From Gnetum montanum (taxonomy: Eukaryota > Plantae > Gnetophyta): DNA of 64,000 nucleotides. Position 1 is the stretch's first letter; each line of letters begins with the position of its first letter. The stretch lies in assembly GCA_015680685.1 (NCBI GenBank), contig MNCI01002529.1, forward strand, positions 6,069 to 70,068, written 5' to 3'. Below the pieces are notes generated by a model. The model had not been told where the DNA came from. It was given only the letters and a program-made list of their open reading frames with translations, and did no database searches. Shown here one piece after another: positions 35,701-47,700 of the stretch. A program made the position numbers and the translations under genes.

Positions 35701-38700
35701 GTGGTATATCGTTTGTGTTGACTATTTATGGTGGTATGGTTTTGGGTTACTGAGTTGGATTAGGGGGTCTTAGGCATGGCGTTGGGGATGTGGCATTAGC
35801 TATTGAGGCATGGGAATTATGTGCTTGTTTTGGGGGGCTGGGCCAGCTTGTTTTGGCCATGTTGGGGATTTTGTTTTGGGGTGGGGTGGGGCTTATGGGG
35901 GATGTGGCTGCCTCGGTTGGTGGTGCCCTTCTATCTTAGTTTGGCTTGTGTGGCCGGCTTCTGTTTGGTTGGTGCCTGACGGGTGTGGTGGTCTTGATTG
36001 TACATACAATTTTTTTTCTTTAATAAATCCCGAACTTTACTAAAAAAAAGATCTGATGAGAAGTTGAGAACTATTGCAATGGTGCAGTGAAATAATGTGT
36101 CTTTATGTTGAACAACTACTTCCAATGGTTATGGAGGTTATCCTCAACAAAATTGTAGATGAGATGCAAAGGAGATAACTCACAATAGAAACGTGGAAGC
36201 AATGCAAATGATATTTTAGAGATAGAACTTTGGAAGAGAAGGCAAGTTGCTACAGCAAGGAACCATCTGGGGCAGCCAATATTCACCTTGAGGGACTTGC
36301 AGCACAAAATTGAATGGTTATTAAAATCCAAATTGGTGTTGGTAGTAGAAGAAAACTAACAGACACATGTGAAGTGGCAGAATAAATGGAACATGATTTC
36401 ACGGAAGACAAAATCAATGTTCTAATTATTAGCAATGTTAGAATAATTAGCTGTAGTCTTGTCTCTTGAGAATGCTAATTGCTTGTAACAACTATATGCT
36501 TATGTTGTTAGAATTGAACAAGGAATTGAATGGTTGAGGCATCTGTTAATTGAAGAAACATGACTGAGGCAATTTCACTAACTTCAAGGCAATGATGACA
36601 AGCATGTGAGCTTTAATGACCTGTGAAATCAATACCGACACCTATTGTCCATTGGCTGTTCTTGATCTTCTTGATGTCCTCATTAATAACCACTCCACAC
36701 AATGTCTACTTAAAAGAAAAAGTAATAACAACTACAGAATTCACAATTTATGACAGGAGATTGTATATTTGCCATAATCTTTTGAAACGAATGCTAACCC
36801 TAATTGAAACCTATATAAGTGCATCATGACTCTTATTTTCTTGCATGTGTTTGCTGCTTTCAAGTCTTATGCACACTAGTTGATCTCTAATGATTTCGGT
36901 ATCTTTTGGCAATCTTAGAGTCCATTGAGGTTGATGGAGTAGAGTTTGTTGCATGTTTCGTGCTTTGGTGTGTTGTGTTTTGTAATTGCAAAGCTCCAAT
37001 TTGTGTCAGTTTGGCTTAGATCTGTGTTGGTGCCAAGGGCAAGCATCCGCTTGGGGAAGGAGAATCATCAAAGCCAACTATGACTAAGACATCCAAATAG
37101 ATGAAGTTTTACAAAGAAACTTCGTCCATGTTCTACAAGAGGCAGGGTGTCATTCAACTTAGTAGCCTTCTTTGAGTGTAGTAGAAGGTAGACACCAAGG
37201 TTGTCCCAATTTCACTATAGGTAGTAAAATATTACACTATCGTAGTGCACTATTTCACATGATAGAGTTATGGAGAGCTTGCAGATAAGCATTGCAAATG
37301 TTTTGGTGTGCAAGGTTTATCAGAGCTAGATGAGAAGACCTTGGCAATGGACAATCTATCAAATGAGGAAGTTTGTACCATCCTCTTGTCCTCAAATGAA
37401 TGCATGGTCAGCTATACTTTTCTTGATGGTGTGGAGGTGCAGGTACCCATGGTTCCACCAACCTTCTTTGCAATATTTAAGGATGTCTCCTCGAACAGGT
37501 TTTTATGTTCAAAGAGTGATGTAGCACAAATTCATTTTCATAGTGTCTAGCACATTGTTACATCACCATAGGAAATGGAGGTAATCCAGAACCCTAAGGC
37601 CATCTACGTTTTGTTATCTATCTTGAAGACTACATATAGGAAGATCTGCAAATTGTATTTCAAATTTGTAGATCTGCAAGACAGGTTGGGTGTGATAAGT
37701 ATAAGCAATGTGAAGTGGATTCACTTGCTTTCTGAGAAGGTGTAACATTTTTGGTTAGGGTATACTGATCATCCAAGATTTGCAAGACTAGTTGATGAGA
37801 GATTTCTCCCACTTGTTTCTTCACGTTTTTTCTCCTACATATTGGTACTTCAGTACTGCCTATGTTGAGCTACATCCGGAGGTGCTTAACATACGTTAGT
37901 TGTGAACCAAGGTATTTCAGGAGCACATGGAGAAGTAGATGACAAAACAAGAGAAGGAATGATAGGTGAAAATCCTAATCATATTGGATACATTAATGAC
38001 AGATGATCCAACGGATTTGGAACATATTTGGTATAAATGCTTGCTAGTGAAGGGGATGGAGAGCTCAATGCATATCGATGATAAAGTATGGAATTTCATT
38101 GTATTTAAAGATTATGATGAGCTCTTGAGCATTAATCATCAATTGGACCAAATTTGCATCCACATGGACCAGACATTTGTGGCAACTTGGTATTATCTTT
38201 TTATTGTGTTAGATTATGATATTGAGTTTTGGCTAAGCAGGAAGTTATGGATCAAGATGGCTGAAAAGCAAAGGAGGACATGGAAAGGCAATTTTGATAC
38301 CACTTTAATCTACTTCTTGGCCTGTCCAAAGAACTCTGTGAACAATGCCTATGTGGTTAGGGAAACGGTCATTAAGGATATAAAAGATATGATATTTTAT
38401 ACTTTGTTTTAGATGATCAATTTAGGATAAGGAACTTTTGGAGGAGCTATGAAGGAAGAGTTGAAAAAACTTCAAGAAGAGCTAGAGGCAACAAAGAAGG
38501 AGGAAGAAGATTTTAAAAGTGTCTCTACAAGAGTCTCTGGGGAAAGGCAGCATGGAAGCAACTAGTGAATGATCATGGAGAGAAAACTTTGGCAAAGTTT
38601 CTCCAAAGGTAAGAGGACAAGGCCAACATTGCCACAACCACAAATGTTAGTTTACTTGAGCTCATTTTGAAGTTGGACGTGGAATTGGTAGAGACGAAGG

Positions 38701-41700
38701 ATGAGTTGTAGGGAGGAAGACTTCAATGAAAGATCTCCAAGCTGAGGTAAAACGCCTTATGGAGGAGATGAAGATCAAAGAAGCAACTCATGTTGATGAA
38801 GTTTTAAAGGCGTGCAATGAGGTAAGCAAAGGTCAAGTCATTGACTTCAAGGAAATTGCTCCATTGCCTCTGAAAGGTACAAGTCCACCTAAGCCTGTTG
38901 CTATGAAGATCTTTTCTGTTCTTTGCTAATCCTCCTCTAGAACTCTTGTTTGTATCTGCAGATGATGAAAAATATGAGTGATTGACCATGGATTTAATGA
39001 CCACGGATTTACGAAGTGTTGTAATCCTCCATATTAGAATAAAGAATAGGTTCTTTGCCTGCTGTTGTTTCTATCTCATGTTGTAAAGTTTGTTAGAGAT
39101 AGTGTGAATTTTTATCATTTCCATCATTCCTACATGAAGCCATGAAGAACTTATGAAGACAAAGTCTTGAACCACATGCTAGATTAGTTAGGCAATTAGT
39201 TATTTTTGTAATTAGGGTACAAAGGCATGTAAAACCATGATTATTTTAATTATCCAGTAGTTACAATTCCAAGAGTCATCCCAAACATATTTTATTAAAT
39301 TGTAAAATTTCACGGGTGGATGTGAAGGAGAAAAGCCCCAAAACCTAAGGTCTCTGCATTATTTATGTCCATTTCAATTGGACAAGTCTTCCCTCATGAA
39401 CATAGAGTGGCCCCAAAGCCAAGTCTATAAATATGTATGCGATTTCTTATTGGAATGAATAAAAGTTTCTTACCGAAACTTCGCCAAATTTTTGTCTCAA
39501 ATTCTGTAACAAATTTGGAATAACAATTAAGTACCATTCTTTTTCCTTGCGTTAAGTACCACATTGAAGCAACATTCAAGCACAAAGTACTGATTATTAA
39601 ATTTAATTCAAGTTGCTTATGATTTCTGGGCAGTCTCCCATGTTATTTGAGGTTGCATAGTAAGCATGAAGCATTTGGCATCTTGAAATCATTTGATTTC
39701 AATTCAAACCCTTTGAATTTCAGTTTCTACTATTATTCTACGAGTTGAACTGCACTCACAGTTCATTGTGACCTATATTGGGACCTGCCATATCTTCAAA
39801 TTTGTAATTTTCTGTAGAAGACAAGTTGTAGTCCCGTTGTGAAATTCATCGTAATCTAACCGTGAGTTGTGGTAATCATTGCAACCTGGCTGCTAGTTGC
39901 GGTTAATATTGCAATCACCTTCGTGAGTTGTGGAACTGATAAAATCTGCAGACTAAATTCCTGAGAGCAACTGCAACCTAGCTGCGAGTTACATTCAGCT
40001 CGTGGCATTCAAATTTCATCTTCAGGCATCTACCACAACTTCAGTGTGAGTTGCCCCTCTAGTTGTGATTTTATTAGAAATCCAAGAACCGGAACTTATT
40101 TCATCTAATTGGTTAGTTGATTTTAATTCTTTTCTATGTTAACTTTGGTAAAATGAAGGGGAGTAGAATATATCAGTTGAATGGCATTATAAAAGTGATG
40201 AATTGCGTAACTGGCCTTTATGAAGGTTCATTGTTGCATGAATATAGCGATTGAAAAGCACTTCACTAACATGTTTTATCAATTAAATGAGAATGTTTAA
40301 CTAATTATACAGAATAATTGATTAAAAGGCATTTGTTAACTCCTAACAAAATGGTGCAACCCAAATGTGAAAGGAGATAACTTTTTATGGTGAATCATAA
40401 ACTATTCAGGAACTTTCTAATGGCATGATGATGTCAAATGGAAAAACACTTAGTTGTTTTCAGCACCTTATAAAACAAAGAAGGTACTCTGCGGAAGTAG
40501 TTAACTCAGAAGAGAAACGAGAGATGGAGGATTCACGCTAAGATGCCAAAATGGAACAAGAATCAAAAGTGCAAGTTGCGGAGAAGCATTCCGATGAATC
40601 ATTCATTCACTGAAGTAAATATACACTGCATTATGCATTGTTGAGAGCTAAAGCTGTGAAGTAGCAGCTTATCATAACTGAATTGGAGTTGTGAAGTACT
40701 ATGTTAGTTCAAACTTTGGAGAACTTTGCAATGCAATGGAAGATTGCGAAACCAGCCATGACTCCATATTGATTATTGAGCTACTTAGAAGCCTTTGGCT
40801 CAGTTAAGATGTAGTTTTCAAGCTTAGACCACTAAACATTTAGTTACGTTATCAAGAAGTTGAGCTACTCAATTTAGCCGGAACCTCTAATGAACCCTAG
40901 AGAAGTTAACAATTTCATAATACAAGTTGTGTTAAGGAATTGATTAGCAATTGCAATGTACTTCTGTTACAAAATTGGTTAATTAAGTAATTCACTGTGT
41001 TAATGAAAGTTCTTAACTTAATCCTCTTCCCATGCAAAGTTTTACCAAGTAAACACTGGTTTACGGAACTTGAATTAACCCATGAATGGAAAACTGACCA
41101 TCATGAAATGCTATGTATACAACTCCCATGGATACATTTGGTGGTCATTGCAGACTGGATTAAGTCTTTTAGAACATTCTGTGAGTAAAATGTTTACAAT
41201 AGAAGACACTACATGACATCTTGTAATGCAGAATTTTCTGTTTAGATTTGCAAATCTTACAGCAGGCATTATTAATACGTTTAGGGTAGGCAAATATGAT
41301 ATTATCAGTTTCACATTATATCTCAGCAGTTGCTTGTACAGTTCAAAATTGTGACATAATACAGTTTGATGGTTATTGGATATTGAATTTATTCATGACT
41401 TCACATTAATCAACTAAAATTTTATATATCAGAGTATTATTTTATCTTTTCAAGAGAATATGCTAAGCCGTTTGACAGTACCATTCCCATCTAAATCATC
41501 TTTTCATAACTGTTGTCTGTTGTTAGTTTTATCACTTTGTCTGTCACCAAGGTTAAGTGGCTTTCATGATTTGTTTATCACTTTGTCTGTCACCAAGGTT
41601 TTCATATTTGTACCATACTTATGTTCATGTAGCTTTAGTAATTCACTTCAGGAAAGAAAAATCTTATAATAGTTTGAAAAGCTAGAATAGGTATTTATGT

Positions 41701-44700
41701 ACACCAACGCTAGGAGATATTCATTATTGTTTTGTATTTTATTCCTTGCAGAACAAGGATTGCGTGTTCTCTGGACAGGAGCAGGTGCTCAGTTAGCACG
41801 TGATGTGTCATTTTCTGCTATTTGCTGGGCTACTCTGGAACCGGTAACTTTTTTGCTTAGATGACGCTTAGACATTTATAGAATCTATATATGTATGTAT
41901 TGGAGAAAGACTGGGAAATACATTGCAGCATAGAATTGCAAAATACAAGTATACAAAATGGGAGGGTTTACCATATAATGTATTTTCTTTGATAATATTA
42001 GTGATTTTGATATTTTGGCAATAACATACATCTGAAAATTTTCTGAATTAATGGGATAAATGGCTGAAGGCAATGACGATGGTATACCTTGAAATTCCTT
42101 TAAAATCTCTCTGCTAGACAAGTGTAACCAATGAGGTGTTAGCTTTGTGCTAAAGGTCTTGATATGGAAGTCCCAGGTCACAGATTTAATTATATTGGGC
42201 AACACCGAGTTATGTACAAATTCTTGTAAAAAGAATTCTGGAATTGGTGTGGTTGAACAATCTAAGAAGGTTGTAGTGGACGTAATTAAATACAGTCAAT
42301 TTCAGTTTCATATATTTGAGAATATTTTCTGTTATGTAGTAATTGTTATATGTGTTACTGAGGCATAGCTTACTTGGTTGGAGCATGTGGCTTGTGGGTG
42401 TGCAAGTCATAGGTTTGATCGCAATGGGCTATGCCAAGACTTGTCACCTAGTGTCATTATAAAGATGCACATTCATGCTGTGGTGTTAGGCCAATAGCCA
42501 ACCATGGAAATCATCATCAAATCCTTAACCTACCTTAATAACTTAGTCCATGTTGTTGGGATGCAGTCACTATAATGAAGATGAGCAATTTTCCTATGTG
42601 GCTGTGATAAAAGCAAACATTGAAGCCTGCCAGTATGTCTACTAGGCCATTGGTAAGAACATCTATCATAAATTTGACAGCATCTTCTAATGGAATTTGT
42701 CATACATTATGACCTTTTGGAAAGGGGAATGTACAGAAATGAAACTCAAGTGTATGATTGTGTCCATAGAGACCCTTGGCATCTATTGGACAAAGTCAAC
42801 TTCATCCCATTTTTTCACTGGAATTTCTTTGTATAATTTTTTTTTGGAAGTTGAGGTTTGGGGGAAGGATATGGTGACTATGTAAATTCTAGTTTTCTTA
42901 TTTATGTTATTGATCAAATGACACATCATCGGGAAGGAATGCAATGGTTGAAACAAAACTGCTTTTAAATGTTGCAGTTTGGTCTAATAAGAAGCAACAG
43001 ATGATTAAGTAGAAGAGAATCAAATTTAAAAGCAGTAGAACATCAAGTATGCTGACGATCAGATTGTCAGGTCAAAATAGACTTGATGACACAACTCTGA
43101 GGAAATGGCCTAGCTAGGTAGAAAGCTAATGCAAAGAAAAGACAGAAGGCATATGAAAATATAAGATGATGATGACGTTTTGAAGAACATCCTTTGTAGG
43201 ACCCCTAGTAACCACCCTCTAAAATTCAGTACAATTTTTTTTTTCTTCTACAATTCTCTTAAAACATGAGGCTATGCTTACACTAGCAACTAATAAGGAT
43301 GCGGCACATATAATGATGGGTTGATTACAAGGCCTACATACCTCCTTCCCTCATTAGACTTAATAAGTTAGCGATGAGATAAAACCTTAGCACTCCTCAT
43401 AATTCTAACGATTGATGCATTAATTATGTATTGTCTATCTTTAGTAGTACCATGATACCTTAAGGACCAGTGTAGCCAAGGGTGATGGGTAACACTTTCC
43501 ATCACTTAGGAAGCTAGATACATCAAACATTTGTGTGACTCACTTGTTTCATGTTTTATTTTACAAGTAGCATCAACAGAGGTGGTTGGATTTGAACCTA
43601 ATCCTCAACTATGTTTCCACCAAACACCTCAACTATGTTTCCACCAAACAGGATCATTTAATCTATAATGGGCTTCAAATACTAGCTGGGAATTAAAAAT
43701 ATATAGGTTTCAACAACTTTGCCCATGCAATGTTGCATTGCATTCACACATTGAGGGCCATCCAACTTAAAGATTCCAGTGACCATTTGGCCATGAGTTG
43801 GGTTATCTTTGGGCTTTAAACTACATACACAAGGCTCGGCTCAACCATTATTTTTGGACTACACTTGGATATACCCCCTAGATAGGTGACAGGGGATTGT
43901 ACGGTAGGTGGGCATACACTTATGAATGGTGCTTACATCATTGAAAAGCTTTGGGTGTTGTGCAAGTCAACCCTCTTGGGTCCAATGGCTTAGGAAATTA
44001 AATTGAAGTAAGCATATATGTATGGGTAGGGTTGGATAGTGGTGTTCATCTCCACATCTAGGGTAGGATGTATGCAAACTAAGTGAACAATGCAACCCAT
44101 CCATTCAAGATATGAGGATCAATACATTATTATTAATATGATTAGTAAATGATCCTTACAAATATTACCTACTTACTAGCTATGAATTTAGGTGAATTAC
44201 TTATTCTAGGGCCTAAAGGTCTCATGTGGGTTTATTTTATAGAAAGCAAATAAACATACATGATCAGCCATATATTTTCTTTTGTTTCTTTGCACAACTA
44301 AAAAAATATATCTACTGATAAATAAATGGGGTTAGCATATTAAAGCAACAATAAATAAATAGGGTGTGGGTGAGTATGAGGTTGTTAATGGTCTTTGATA
44401 GTTAGGTCATGGGGAAGGAGCGGTAGGCATCTGATCACAAATCTATTTTGTGTTGGGTTGGAACTATTCAAGGGCAGGCTCCGAGATCTTTCCATTTCAA
44501 GTGCATGTGGTTGGGTAAGCCTTGGTTGAGGCTGCTGGTACAGGATATCTGGTAGGAGTACTCAATCACCCATGAGCCGAGGGTTTTCCCGAAAAGAGGG
44601 CTAAAACTATTGAAGCAAGGAATCAAGGCCAGAGCCTTGGAGGAGAAATACGGTTTCAAGGCATACAAGGCATGGTTGCTGATTATTCTCTAAGAGGTTC

Positions 44701-47700
44701 CAGAGCTTCAAGAAAATGGCACCAACTTGTCTAAAGAGGAGCGAGAGCTGTTGGGAGAGCTACAAGAGTTGGATAGATAGGAGGAAGGTTATTGGCGGTA
44801 GTGGGCTTGTGTTTCTTGGTTACACAAAGGGGATTGGAATATGTGGTTCTTTTTTGCCACGGCCAAAGGTCGTGGGGCAACGAAAAAGAAGCTCCAGCAT
44901 ATGTTTGCGGGGGAGGCAGGGGAAGGACCGGGAAGAGGGATGCAAGTGGTGGAGGCTATGCAGGTGTATTGGGAGAACATTTGGAGGGCAAGGGCAATGG
45001 CAAAGATCTCTATTCTAGTGCAATGGGTCTTGACTGACGAGGACAACCATGGCTTGAGGCAACCATTTTCTAGGATGGAGCTGGATGCAACTATGAAATC
45101 GATGTAGGCTAGTAAGGTGCTAGGGCTTGGTGGGTGGCCCATTGAATTTTTCTGGGAGTTTAATGATATTATGGGGGCTAATTTGTTGGATGCTTTTAAT
45201 AGCATGCTTTATTGCCAGTAGCTGCGTAAAGAGCTCAATTGCTTGAGTATTGTATTGCTGCCAAAAGTGTCAATCCTTCTTTATTGGCACATTTCAAGCC
45301 CATTGGTGTTGTCAAGGTTATTTTCCAAGCTCATTGTTCATTGTTTGGTGCCGTTAATGCAGAAGTTGGTGGGAGTGGGGTTTGTTAAAGGTTGCTTCTT
45401 GCAAGACCAGGTCCTCCTACTTCAAGAGATTATGCACTCTTTGCGGAGGTCAAGGTTCCTCGGGATGGCTGTAAAGTTGGATATCACCAAAGCCTATGAT
45501 ATAGTGAGTTAGATTGCACTGAGAGATTATGCTTCTGAAAGGTTTTGACCTTGCGTTTGTGACTCTTTGCATTCAGATGCAAAGTTCATGAAGATACTCA
45601 TTTGACATTCATGGGAGGTTGTGGGGTTTCAAGGTGTCGGGAAGGGGGCTGAGACAAGGTGACCCATTGTCCCCCTTACTATTCCTCTTGGTTATGGATA
45701 TGCTGCAAGGCTACTATTTGGCTAAAGGGATATAAGGGTTGAATGTTGCTGGTGTTCACTATCTTGTTGCTCACTACACTGATGACACCATCATTTTTTC
45801 CTAGGTGGCGGTTCCTTACGCTAAGGTGCTCAAGAAGGGCCTGGATAGGATGGAGATGGAGCTAGGCCGTGAAATCAATAAGGGGAAGTTTGCCATTCAC
45901 TTGATTAATATGACAATGTTGGTTNNNNNNNNNNNNNNNNNNNNNNNNNNNGTGTGGGCGTGGGTGGTGGGGGTGGCACGGGGAAGGATTGTGTAGCTCA
46001 TGGGGATTTTGCTAGGTTGGTTGGAGGACTCATGTTTGGGGATGCCGATCTTTGACTGGTAGTTTAAGAGAGCGTGGTCAGGGTTCGTTGAGAGATTGCG
46101 TGCAAAGATGACTCATTGGAGTAACAATTTCTTAACAAGAAAAGGGAAGATGTGTCTGGCCTCAACAATGCTTTTGGCTATGGCTAGGTTTGTGGCGTCC
46201 ATGGCTAGCCCACCGGAAGGGGTTATTCAAAAGATTGACCAGATCATACGGCAGTTTGTCTAGTTGGGTGGCAAGGCAGGAAGGAAGCTCCACTTGGTAT
46301 GCTAGGAGCTGATGATGAGACTAAGAATGATAGGGGGAATTAGGCTGTTGTCCTTCAGGGATGAGGTTAAGTTGGGCTTACAACTTCTAGTTAATAGGAT
46401 GTTGGGATAGGAGGAGGGGTAGGCACTGTGGGTGAGGCTGCTATAGTAAAAATATCGCAGGTGGGAGGTTGAAGCATGGAGCTCATATTTATGGAAGAAT
46501 ATATGCAGGCATGCTACAAAGATGGAGGCTAAGGTGCTATTGGCACAACATCCATTAGAGGTGATTAAGGCCATGTACCCACTAGAGGTGGGGTGGAATG
46601 ATGTCTGGTAGGGGAGGCTGTCTGGGAAGCTTAAGGCTTTCGGGTGGCTCATCAGGCATAAAGTGTTGCTAGTGTGGGATTTATTAAGAGTCCGAGGGCT
46701 GAATATAAATGTTGTTTTCCCTCTCTGTTCTGCAACCTCAGAGATGCTTGAACATTTTATGTATGGTTGCAAGTTTATGTAGGAGGTCTGGAGGGAGGTT
46801 GGGATTGGACCACCGATAAGCATAAGTGGTGATTCTAAGGCGTTGGCTATGTTGTGGGCAAGATGGAAGAGTGAAATCATTTGGTGTTTCATGGGCAAAG
46901 ACTACTGGTGCTGATTTTTGTGGCTAGAGCTGGGCTGCACTTGTGGACTGAAGTGACGAACCAGGATTGATTTTTGAGCTTGGGGTTCCGCTGAGCTTTG
47001 GTAGATGCTAAGGAGGGTGGGATGGGTTGATATGCTATAGTGAATTGAGGGGGAGCTAGGGCTGTCCACGAAGGGCTTCTATGATAACTAGGTCGAGGAA
47101 GAAACATGGTTTTGGGGCAAAAGGATTAAGATGATAAAGGCGACGTTGGGGGAGGTCCTGGGGGTCTTGGCGGAGGGGGAGGTCATCACCCCGATGCCCT
47201 GCAATCAAGACTACACCGCTGAATTTTTCCATGGAGTGGGCACATTTGGAAAAAAAGGGTTGACGATGGTGTGGTAGAGTGCAACGATGGTTGGTGGATC
47301 AGTTTTTTGTGTAGACAGGCTACCCCCACAAGCTTTTGGGTGTGCATTTTATTTTTTTGAGGTGCTTGAGGCATGGAATTAGGGTTAATATGCCACGGTA
47401 TTTTTTGGACTCCATGTTGCAGAAGTGGCCTGGGTAGCATTCGAGGGTGATCTTAGTGCTATGGAGGGTTGGGTTAGAGGAGATGCCTAGGTAGTTGCGG
47501 TTGGAGCTAAGACTGGTGTATCAAAGGAGGAGAGGAAGGTTGGCATAGGGGACTATATTGCTCACGGTGGAGCAGCAGGACACGAATGGGGAGGATGTGG
47601 CTCCTTGTGGTACTGACCGGGATGAAGGGTTGGGGCTCTCTAGGGAGACTTTGTGAGGGGGTTTGGAACATGATGCAGGCACTTAGGAGCAACTGGCCGA

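Larger units (their letters stand above)
28532..41100 (+). mobile_element. Old LTR retroelement filling intron 6 (LTRs ~28532-31370 and ~40164-41100), carrying nested LINEs
   Basis: Diverged direct repeats (e.g. 28642 GTGCAATCCAAACGTGAAAGGAGATAA vs 40353 GTGCAACCCAAATGTGAAAGGAGATAA; 31318-31370 vs 41047-41100); PBS-like TGGTATTAGAACC at 31371; PPT AAAATGAAGGGGAG at 40150-40163; no pol recognised. Confidence 0.7.

Noticed and set aside
41808-41810. U-to-C RNA editing restoring Pro in RDVSFS
   Set aside because: Such editing is organellar in plants, and this is a spliced nuclear gene.
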